The notes below the pieces were generated by a model. It ran no database searches. It saw only the letters and a program-made list of their open reading frames with translations, and was not told the origin of the DNA. Position numbers and translations under genes: made by a program. DNA of 32,000 bases, taken from the NCBI RefSeq assembly GCF_000012925.1, contig NC_007517.1, positions 990,001-1,022,000 on the forward strand, given 5' to 3'. Positions 1 to 7,088 of the stretch are shown piece after piece. Within the stretch, counting starts at the first letter, position 1, and each line of letters starts with the position of its first letter. This DNA is from Geobacter metallireducens GS-15 (GTDB lineage Bacteria; Desulfobacterota; Desulfuromonadia; Geobacterales; Geobacteraceae).

Positions 1-1057
1 TGCGTAACATCCTGGCAACCTTCTTCATCGGTTCCAGGTCAGTTTGCATTGTCCTGATGACCCAGTCGTCGAGGAACTTGCCAGCAAAGTCAGACCGCTG
101 GTAGTCCCAGAACTGCTGAAAGTCCTCGCGCAGCAGATATGCCTTGATTGATGAGAGGTTGAGCTTGAGCAAATCTCCCAATCGTGACGTCTGCTTCTCG
201 GACAGATTTTCCGGCCGTTTCAGCAGCAACCAACGGCCCTTTTCCAGGACGTTCTCCTGCTTTACGGCCTTGAACTCCTTGGCTTCGGTGCGCCGAACCT
301 CGTCAATCGCTTCGTTAAACTTCCGCATGATGTGGAAGCGGTCGAGGATGTTCACGGCATTGGGTGCCCGCTTGGCGATAACCTTGAGATACGGTGCCCA
401 CATGTCGCTGCAGACATACTTGAGCTTGGCGCTGCGTTCTTTGCCGAATTCCCGAAAGAAGCGCAGTAGCGTTCTTATCCGACGTTGCGGACCACACCAG
501 AGAAGACGCCTGACGCCGGCATTGAGCTGATAGACCATCGTAAGATACTGATGGCCCTTGAAGACGGCAATTTCATCAACACCGATTTCCGTAACGCCAT
601 CAAGGTTTCTGTTTGCCAGGCCGTAATCGACAGCATACTGCACCGCCCGAAAGATGCTGTCCCAACTGGTCTTAAAGATTTCGGCAACTTCCTTCCAGGA
701 GAGTCGCCGAGCCCACCGGGCAAGATAGACCTGGTACGAGATCGTCATTTGCTCTTTGCCATACCCCCAGGGGAGGGATTCAACCTTTACCCCATGGATT
801 GGGCACAGAACCCGACGGGGAGCGTAGCGAAAGAAGACCTTGAACGCCCAGATCGGCACATACTCGAACAGTCGGGCCGGTTGCGTGTCGTATGTCTTGC
901 CTCGCTTGCCACATTCCGGGCATTCGGGCTTGCTGTTGCGACGAGCCTTGATGTCAATGACTAGTGCTTCTGAGCCGCCGACTTTCGCCAGTCGGCAATC
1001 TCCGTAAATGAAGGACTTGAAACGCTCGAACTTGTTCAGTACAGTCTTGATAAGCAT
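1..1057 (-). CDS. ISL3-family transposase; C-terminal part lies beyond the window edge (352 codons present)
   Basis: Absent from the ORF track because it runs off the window. Manual minus-strand translation from the ATG (complement of 1055-1057) is open down to position 2. It reads MLIKTVLNKFERFKSF..CPECGKRGKTYD (zinc finger)..GVDEIAVFKGHQYLTMVYQL..CSDMWAPYLKVI..ILDRFHIMRKFNEAIDEVRR. These motifs are typical of ISL3/IS204/IS1001-type transposases. The plus-strand ORFs 144..530 and 485..964 are antisense shadows. Confidence 0.85.
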   Translation of the reverse strand, partial: MLIKTVLNKFERFKSFIYGDCRLAKVGGSEALVIDIKARRNSKPECPECGKRGKTYDTQPARLFEYVPIWAFKVFFRYAPRRVLCPIHGVKVESLPWGYGKEQMTISYQVYLARWARRLSWKEVAEIFKTSWDSIFRAVQYAVDYGLANRNLDGVTEIGVDEIAVFKGHQYLTMVYQLNAGVRRLLWCGPQRRIRTLLRFFREFGKERSAKLKYVCSDMWAPYLKVIAKRAPNAVNILDRFHIMRKFNEAIDEVRRTEAKEFKAVKQENVLEKGRWLLLKRPENLSEKQTSRLGDLLKLNLSSIKAYLLREDFQQFWDYQRSDFAGKFLDDWVIRTMQTDLEPMKKVARMLR

Positions 1058-1170
1058 TGCTTCTCCCGTGTCGGACTTGATCGTTTCTCGCAAAAACAAT
1101 CTTATCCTTCACGGAGGGGCAATGCCCTTATTTTTTCAGCCAACTACCCACAGATTCTGCGGACGAGGCA
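1..1170 (-). mobile_element. Right-hand part of an ISL3-type insertion sequence; outer boundary not determinable
   Basis: Contains the transposase gene plus about 100 nt of 5' flank. The partner inverted repeat lies outside the window, so the exact IS end (somewhere between 1058 and about 1200) cannot be fixed. Confidence 0.5.
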
Positions 1171-1282
1171 AAAAAGTATAGTCCCTCCTACGGCATACGC
1201 CCGGAAAAGTCAAGCCGGTGATCCTTGCGGCAGGAAGCAATGGTGCCGGTTTACACTTATTTTGTGACAGTCGAAAAAATCG

Positions 1283-1311
1283 TTGACACTCTGTTTTTGT
1301 TGTATTATATA
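1283..1311 (+). promoter_or_regulatory. Candidate sigma70 promoter for the XRE/cupin regulator
   Basis: TTGACA (1283-1288), a 17-nt spacer, then TATATA (1306-1311). It sits in an AT-rich stretch about 130 nt upstream of the GTG start at 1444. Confidence 0.5.
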
Positions 1312-1340
1312 CCACCCCTTGTGCGCACGGGTTTAAACTA

Positions 1341-1394
1341 AAAGTTTAGAAATGCTAAACCAGCTGCTTTACAGAAAGTTTAGAAATGCTAAAC
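1341..1394. promoter_or_regulatory. Two identical 20-nt operator-like repeats, each holding the palindrome GTTTAG-N5-CTAAAC
   Basis: AAAGTTTAGAAATGCTAAAC occurs at 1341-1360 and again at 1375-1394. The palindromes are at 1344-1360 and 1378-1394, 34 bp centre to centre. The repeats lie between the predicted promoter and the regulator start. Extra GTTTA(G/A) half-sites are at 1331-1338 and 1413-1418. Confidence 0.6.
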
Positions 1395-1443
1395 AGCGCA
1401 ATTGGATAGAATGTTTAGGGTTTCTGGACCAGGAGACTAGAAC

Positions 1444-1989
1444 GTGAAGATCGGCGAGCGGTTGAAGCGGCTCAGGATGATCAACTCCCTCACCCAGGAG
1501 GAACTGGCAAATCGGGCCGACCTGACCAAAGGGTACATCTCCCAGTTGGAGAACGACGCCACATCTCCCTCCATCGCCACCCTGAAGGATATCCTCGACG
1601 TCTTCGGCGTCAGTATGCAGGAGTTCTTCAGTGACCCCATCGGCGAGGATGTGGTCTACGGCAAGGATGCCCGGGTCCAGCCCTCGGCCGACGACGCGGC
1701 CGTCACGGTGGAGCTTCTTGTCCCCGGCGCCCAGAACCGGGAGATGGACCCGGCCCTGGTGACCCTGGCCCCGGGCGAGGAGATGGACGAGCAGAATTTC
1801 CACGAGGGGGAGGAATTCGGTTTTGTCCTCCTCGGGAAGATCCAACTCCGGTTGGATGACAAGATCTACACGGTGAAGAAGGACGAGTGCTTCTACTTCA
1901 CCTCGGACAAGCGGCACACGGTGAAGAATATCGGCAAGGGGTCGGCCCGAATACTATGGGTCGTAACCCCGCCTACCTTTGATTATTAA
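1444..1989 (+). CDS. XRE-family HTH plus C-terminal cupin transcriptional regulator (PuuR-like architecture)
   Basis: GTG start with AGGAG at 1431-1435. The N-terminus IGERLKRLRMINSLTQEELANRADLTKGYISQLEN is a classic HTH_3. The C-terminus EGEEFGFVLLGKIQLRLDDKIYTVKKDECFYFTSDKRHTVKN is cupin-like. Confidence 0.85.
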   Translation: MKIGERLKRLRMINSLTQEELANRADLTKGYISQLENDATSPSIATLKDILDVFGVSMQEFFSDPIGEDVVYGKDARVQPSADDAAVTVELLVPGAQNREMDPALVTLAPGEEMDEQNFHEGEEFGFVLLGKIQLRLDDKIYTVKKDECFYFTSDKRHTVKNIGKGSARILWVVTPPTFDY

Positions 1990-2046
1990 CGAAAATATCG
2001 CGTTCTCAAGAATCGTTACACGGATTTTGCCTACTATATTAGTTCA

Positions 2047-2175
2047 AGCGGCGTCAGATTCGTGATGATAACGGCGGATGAGAGGAGAGAGGCCCGCAGG
2101 CGTAGCAGCGCTACGTCGAGGAGCCTCTCGACGAGCAGACGTCGTTAGCGCGCGAATATGGCGTCGTTCAGGAGG
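2047..2175 (+). promoter_or_regulatory. Structured 5' leader element, copy A (forward orientation); function unknown
   Basis: About 85% identical to 4877-5003. Contains the core GGCCCGCAGGCGTAGCAGCGCTACG and a long closing helix (2058-2064/2151-2157 and 2069-2076/2140-2147). It runs into the SD (AGGAGG 2170-2175) of the downstream gene. Confidence 0.75.
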
Positions 2176-2179
2176 AAAC

Positions 2180-3373
2180 ATGAGCAAGGTACTGATAATC
2201 GGAGCCGGCGGCGTCGGCCAGGTCGTTGCACACAAATGCGCCCAGCGCCGGGACATCTTCAGCGAGATCACCCTGGCCTCTCGGACCAAGTCCAAGTGTG
2301 ACGCCATCGCTGCCCAGCTGAATAACACCATTGCCACGGCCCAGGTGAATGCCGACAACGTCCCCGAACTGGTGGCGCTCATCAGGAAGGAGCAACCGAA
2401 GCTCGTCATCAACGTGGCCCTGCCGTACCAGGATCTGACCATCATGGACGCCTGCCTGGAAACCGGCGTGGACTATCTCGACACCGCCAACTACGAGCCC
2501 CTGGACACCGCCAAGTTCGAGTACTCCTGGCAGTGGGCCTACCAGGAGCGCTTCAAGGCTGCGGGGCTCATGGCGTTGCTGGGTTCCGGCTTCGATCCGG
2601 GCGTCACCAACGTCTATACGGCACTAGCCGCCAAGAAGTACCTGGATGAGGTGGAGGAGCTCGACATCATCGACGCCAACGCCGGCAGCCACGGCCAGCC
2701 CTTCGCCACCAACTTCAACCCGGAGATCAATATCCGTGAAGTGACCGCCGTCTGCCGCCACTGGGAGAACGGCCAGTTCGTGGAGTCGCCGCCCCTCTCC
2801 ACCAAGCGGGTCTTCGACTTCCCCGAGGGCATCGGCCCTATGAACATCTACCGCCTTTACCACGAGGAGATGGAGTCCATCGTCAAGCATATCCCGACCA
2901 TCAAGAAGGCCCAGTTCTGGATGACCTTCTCCGACAACTACCTGAAGCACCTGGAAGTGCTCCAGAACGTGGGGATGACCCGCATCGACGAGGTGGAGTT
3001 CCAGGGGCAGAAGATCGTCCCGATCCAGTTTCTGAAGGCGCTCCTTCCCGATCCCGGCTCCCTCGGCCCCCTCACCAAGGGGAAGACCTGCATCGGCGTC
3101 ATTGCCCGGGGGCTCAAGGACGGCAAGCGCAAGCAGGTGTACATCTACAACATCTGCGACCACGAGGCCTGCTACAAAGAGGTCCAGTCCCAGGCTATCA
3201 GCTACACCACCGGCGTTCCGGCAGTGGTCGGAGCTATTATGATGCTCACCGGCAAGTGGCACGCACCGGGCGTCTGGAACATGGAGCAGTTCGATCCGGA
3301 GGTGTTCCTCAAGGAGCTGGGCCCCATGGGGCTGCCGGAAGTGGCTGTGGAAGGCGAGTGGCCTGAACTGTAG
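2180..3373 (+). CDS. Carboxy(nor)spermidine dehydrogenase (saccharopine dehydrogenase family)
   Basis: The preferred start is ATG 2180 (MSKVLIIGAGGVGQ, a Rossmann GxGxxG motif) preceded by AGGAGG. The 34 codons upstream in ORF 2078.. overlap the leader element. Size is 397 aa, and the gene sits next to nspC and speA. Confidence 0.8.
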   Translation: MSKVLIIGAGGVGQVVAHKCAQRRDIFSEITLASRTKSKCDAIAAQLNNTIATAQVNADNVPELVALIRKEQPKLVINVALPYQDLTIMDACLETGVDYLDTANYEPLDTAKFEYSWQWAYQERFKAAGLMALLGSGFDPGVTNVYTALAAKKYLDEVEELDIIDANAGSHGQPFATNFNPEINIREVTAVCRHWENGQFVESPPLSTKRVFDFPEGIGPMNIYRLYHEEMESIVKHIPTIKKAQFWMTFSDNYLKHLEVLQNVGMTRIDEVEFQGQKIVPIQFLKALLPDPGSLGPLTKGKTCIGVIARGLKDGKRKQVYIYNICDHEACYKEVQSQAISYTTGVPAVVGAIMMLTGKWHAPGVWNMEQFDPEVFLKELGPMGLPEVAVEGEWPEL

Positions 3374-3383
3374 GAGGAGCGCA

Positions 3384-3501
3384 ATCTTCCGACCATCTCC
3401 CCGCCGTCCTCGGAATGCTCGTTGTGCGGCGTAGCGCTGCTACGCCTCCGCCGGCATCCCTGCGGGTGCGAGGATCTGGCCGAAATCTTGCGCTCCGGCG
3501 G
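3384..3501. repeat. Structured element, copy B (inverted and diverged relative to A/D)
   Basis: Starts 11 nt after the stop codon at 3371-3373. About 85% identical to 4730-4847. Contains the hairpin GGCGTAGC-gct-GCTACGCC and CCTGCGGG, the reverse complement of the A/D core. Confidence 0.75.
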
Positions 3502-3559
3502 TTAAGGCGCTTACTCTGTCTTCCTCTGTGACCTCTGTGGTTAATGCTTTGAAAAGGTT

Positions 3560-4720
3560 TTGCATTTGACCGGCATCGACATTGAAAAAATCCTGAAGCT
3601 GGCCCCGTCCCCCGCCTACGTGGTGGACCTGGGGCGGCTGCGCCACAACCTGGCCATCCTCGACGATGTCCAGAAGCGTAGCGGCGCTAAGATCCTCATG
3701 GCCTTGAAGGCCTTCGCCATGTGGAGCGTTTTTCCCATCATCCGGGAGACCCTCCAGGGGGTCTGCGCCAGCTCGCCGTGGGAGGCCCGCCTGGGTCGGG
3801 AGGAGTTCGGACGGGAGGTCCACAGCTTTGCCGCCGCCTTCAAGGAGAGCGACGTGGTGGAGCTGCTTGCCGTCTCCAACCATCTGGTCTTCAACTCCTT
3901 CAACCAGCTGGAGCGGTTTCGCCCCCTGTGGGAGAAGGAGCGGGGGCGGGTGTCGGTGGGGTTGCGGGTGAACCCCGAGCATTCCGAAGGGCATACCCCC
4001 ATCTACGACCCCTGCGCCCCCAAGTCGCGGCTCGGCATCCCCCGCGCTGCGTTTGAGGGGAAGTCGCTTGCCGGAGTCGAGGGGCTCCACTTCCACACCC
4101 TCTGCGAACAGCTCTTCGAGCCTCTGGAGCGGACCGCGAAGGTCTTCGAGGAGAAGTTCGGGCCGCTGCTCCACGGCATGAAGTGGCTGAACCTCGGTGG
4201 CGGGCACCACATCACCCGCGCGGGGTACGACATCGACGCCCTGGTGGAGCTGGTCAAATACTTCAAGGGGAAGTACGGCGTTGAGGTCTACCTGGAGCCG
4301 GGGGAGGCCATCGCCATCGGCACCGGCGTCCTCGTGGGGGAGGTGCTGGACGTGGTGCGCAACGAGATGGAGATCGCCATCCTCGATGTCTCCGCCACCT
4401 GCCACATGCCAGACGTGCTGGAGATGCCCTACCGCCCCGGCATCACCGGCGGCTTCGACCCCGGCGAGAAGGCTCACACCTACCGGCTTGCCGGGCCGTC
4501 GTGCCTGGCCGGGGACGTCATCGGCGACTGGTCCTTTGACAAGCCCCTGAAACCGGGGGACCGGCTCGTGTTCGAGGACATGTCCCACTACACCATGGTG
4601 AAGACCACCACCTTTAACGGCATCCAGCATCCAGCCATCTGTACCTTTGAGCCGGAAACCGGGGAGCTCAGGGTGGTGCGGCGTTTCGGGTACGAGGATT
4701 TCAAGAGCAGATTGTCTTAA
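3560..4720 (+). CDS. nspC: Carboxy(nor)spermidine decarboxylase
   Basis: 386-aa ORF with the fold-III PLP decarboxylase layout (..PAYVVDLGRLRHNL.., ..LMALKAF.., ..LNLGGGHH.., ..YLEPGEAI.., ..AGPSCLAGD..). It is adjacent to the dehydrogenase partner. The TTG start at 3560 is uncertain; TTG 3566 is an alternative. Confidence 0.8.
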   Translation: MHLTGIDIEKILKLAPSPAYVVDLGRLRHNLAILDDVQKRSGAKILMALKAFAMWSVFPIIRETLQGVCASSPWEARLGREEFGREVHSFAAAFKESDVVELLAVSNHLVFNSFNQLERFRPLWEKERGRVSVGLRVNPEHSEGHTPIYDPCAPKSRLGIPRAAFEGKSLAGVEGLHFHTLCEQLFEPLERTAKVFEEKFGPLLHGMKWLNLGGGHHITRAGYDIDALVELVKYFKGKYGVEVYLEPGEAIAIGTGVLVGEVLDVVRNEMEIAILDVSATCHMPDVLEMPYRPGITGGFDPGEKAHTYRLAGPSCLAGDVIGDWSFDKPLKPGDRLVFEDMSHYTMVKTTTFNGIQHPAICTFEPETGELRVVRRFGYEDFKSRLS

Positions 4721-4729
4721 AGGGGCGAT

Positions 4730-4847
4730 ATCTTCCGACCATCTCGACGCCGTCCTCGTAAGCCTCGTTGTGCGGCGTAGCGCTGCTATGCCTCCGCCGG
4801 GCTTCCTGCGGGTGCGCCGATCTGGCCGAAATCTCTCACCCCGGTGG
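4730..4847. repeat. Structured element, copy C (same orientation as B)
   Basis: Starts 10 nt after the nspC stop. About 85% identical to copy B. Forms an imperfect inverted pair with copy D, 29 nt downstream. Confidence 0.75.
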
Positions 4848-4876
4848 TAAATAAAACACAAAATTGCATATCATAC

Positions 4877-5003
4877 AGCGGCGTCAGATTTGCGATGATT
4901 CCGTTGGCGGAGAGGAGGAAGGCCCGCAGGCGTAGCAGCGCTACGTAGAGGAGCCTGACGACGAGCCGACGGCGGAAGGGCGCAAATATGGCGTCGCCAG
5001 GAG
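4877..5003 (+). promoter_or_regulatory. Structured 5' leader element, copy D (forward orientation), upstream of speA
   Basis: About 85% identical to copy A, with the same helix geometry (4888-4894/4981-4987 and 4899-4903/4973-4977) maintained by compensatory substitutions. It is preceded by an AT-rich segment with a -10-like TATCAT (4869-4874). Copy A has TATATT (2035-2040) at the equivalent place. Confidence 0.75.
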
Positions 5004-5009
5004 ACCACT

Positions 5010-6917
5010 ATGGAACGCTGGTCGATCAACGACTCCGCAAAGATTTACAACCTCCCCAACTGGGGGGCTGACCTCTTCTCCATCAACAAGAAGGGGAACG
5101 TCTGCGTACACCCTTCCCCCACGTCGAAGCACTCCATCGACCTGCGGGCGCTGGTGGACGATCTCATCAAGCGCAAGATCAAGCCCCCGATCCTGCTACG
5201 GTTCATGGATGTCCTCCAGGGGCGGATCGCTGCCATCAACCGCGCCTTCAAGTACGCCATCGATGAGAACGACTACCCGTCCACGTACCAGACCTTCTAC
5301 CCCATCAAGGTGAACCAGCAGCGGCAGGTGGTGGAGGCCATCGCCAAGTTCGGCAAGCGTTACAACATCGGCATCGAGGTGGGCTCCAAGCCGGAGCTGG
5401 TGATCGGCATCTCCTTCGCCACGGGGAACGGCATCCCGATCATATGCAACGGCTACAAGGACAAGGAGTACATCGAGACGGTCCTCTACGCCACCAAGAT
5501 CGGCTACGACATCACCATCGTCGTGGAGAAGATGTTCGAGCTGGAGAAGATCATCGCCCTCTCCAAAAAGACCGGCATCAAGCCCAAGCTCGGCATTCGG
5601 GTGAAGCTCTCCTCCAAGGGGACCGGCAAATGGGCCACCTCCGGCGGCGAGGACGCCAAGTTCGGCCTCCGGATGTCGGAGATCATCGCTGCCATCGGGC
5701 TTCTGGAGCAGAACGAACTCCTTGATAGCGTGAAACTGATCCACTTCCACATCGGGAGCCAGATCACCAAGATCGACAAGATCAAGAGCGCCCTCATCGA
5801 GGGGACCCGGGTCTACGCCGAGATGCGGAAGCTGGGGGTCGGCATAGAGTACGTGGACATCGGCGGCGGCCTGGGGGTCGACTACGACGGCTCCAAGTCC
5901 AGCTACTTCTCCAGCGTCAACTACTCCATCGAGGAGTACGCCAACGACGTCATCTACCAAATCAAAAACATCTGCGAGGACGCCGGTGTCGAATGCCCCA
6001 ATATCATCTCCGAATCGGGCCGGGCCACGGCGGCCCACTACTCGGTGCTGGTGACGAACCTCCTCAACACCAATACCCAGAACCTGATGCCGGACTTTGA
6101 GGAAACCCTCAACGGCGCTGAGAAGCTGGCCCCCACGGTCAAGAAGCTGGTGGACATCTACAAGAGCATTGACCGCTATTCCCTTCGGGAGGACTACCAC
6201 GACACGGTACAACTCATCCAGGAGGCGGTGAGCCTTTTCAGTCTGGGGTACCTGACCCTTGCCGAACGGGCCATGGCCGAGTGGCTCCACGGCAAGATCC
6301 TGCGCAAGATCAACGGCATCGTGGAGAAGATTAAACCGATCCCCGAGGAGCTCCAGAACTTCCAGTTGAGCCTGCGGCAGACCTACTTTGCCAACTTCTC
6401 GTTGTTCCAGTCGATTCCCGACTCCTGGGCCATCGACCAGCTCTTTCCCATCGTGCCGATTCAGCGGCTCAACCAGAAGCCCGACGTCATGGCCTCCATC
6501 GCCGACATAACCTGCGACTCCGACGGGGAGATAACCAGCTTCGTCGGCGAGAACGGCCGGACGAAGTATCTGCCGCTCCACAAGATCCGCAAGGACGAGG
6601 ACTACTTCGTGGGCTTCTTCCTCATCGGCGCCTACCAGGAGATCCTGGGGGACATGCACAACCTCTTCGGCGACACCAACGCCGTGCATGTCACTTTCAA
6701 CAAGAAGACCGGCTACAAGATCGACACGGTCATCAACGGCGACGCCACGTGGGAGAGCCTGAAATACGTCCAGTACAAGGGACCGGAGATCCTCAAACAC
6801 GTCCGCGACACCATGGAGAAGGATGTGGCCCTGCGCAAGGTCTCCATCGAGGAGAGCAGCCACTTCCTGGAACTGCTGGACCGGACCCTCCTGGGGTATA
6901 CGTACCTGGGGGAATGA
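5010..6917 (+). CDS. speA: Biosynthetic arginine decarboxylase
   Basis: 635 aa. The N-terminus MERWSINDSAKIYNLPNWGADLFSINKKGNV and the motifs ..FYPIKVNQQ.., ..HFHIGSQ.., ..DIGGGLGVDY.. are characteristic of SpeA. Confidence 0.92.
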   Translation: MERWSINDSAKIYNLPNWGADLFSINKKGNVCVHPSPTSKHSIDLRALVDDLIKRKIKPPILLRFMDVLQGRIAAINRAFKYAIDENDYPSTYQTFYPIKVNQQRQVVEAIAKFGKRYNIGIEVGSKPELVIGISFATGNGIPIICNGYKDKEYIETVLYATKIGYDITIVVEKMFELEKIIALSKKTGIKPKLGIRVKLSSKGTGKWATSGGEDAKFGLRMSEIIAAIGLLEQNELLDSVKLIHFHIGSQITKIDKIKSALIEGTRVYAEMRKLGVGIEYVDIGGGLGVDYDGSKSSYFSSVNYSIEEYANDVIYQIKNICEDAGVECPNIISESGRATAAHYSVLVTNLLNTNTQNLMPDFEETLNGAEKLAPTVKKLVDIYKSIDRYSLREDYHDTVQLIQEAVSLFSLGYLTLAERAMAEWLHGKILRKINGIVEKIKPIPEELQNFQLSLRQTYFANFSLFQSIPDSWAIDQLFPIVPIQRLNQKPDVMASIADITCDSDGEITSFVGENGRTKYLPLHKIRKDEDYFVGFFLIGAYQEILGDMHNLFGDTNAVHVTFNKKTGYKIDTVINGDATWESLKYVQYKGPEILKHVRDTMEKDVALRKVSIEESSHFLELLDRTLLGYTYLGE

Positions 6918-6954
6918 TATCCCGGTGAACAAGCGGATTATGGGAAGGGAAGAT

Positions 6955-6997
6955 GCCCCTGATGCTCCGGGTTCGGATTGTCAGGGGCTTTTTGTTT
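6955..6997 (+). terminator. Rho-independent terminator after speA
   Basis: Stem GCCCCTGA (6955-6962) / TCAGGGGC (6981-6988), followed by TTTTTGTTT. Confidence 0.6.
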
Positions 6998-7088
6998 CCG
7001 GAAACTCGTCCCCAGTGGCGGCAAAAGTGGTATTTGTACGGTACACTGTCTAATTAGAGATGTATTGGCATTCACATGGGGGGGACTT

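Noticed and set aside
144-964. Plus-strand ORFs 144..530 and 485..964
   Set aside because: They lie antisense to an uninterrupted ISL3 transposase reading frame that carries family-typical motifs. Their own translations have no recognisable features.
2078-2179. 34-codon N-terminal extension of the dehydrogenase ORF (start at ATG 2078)
   Set aside because: The extension (MRGERPAGVAALRRGASRR..) lies inside the conserved leader element. A strong AGGAGG precedes ATG 2180, where the Rossmann-fold N-terminus MSKVLIIGAGGVG begins.
3440-6932. Long minus-strand ORFs 3440..4861 (473 aa) and 5196..6932 (578 aa)
   Set aside because: They are antisense shadows of nspC and speA with no recognisable motifs. 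The first also starts inside repeat copy C.
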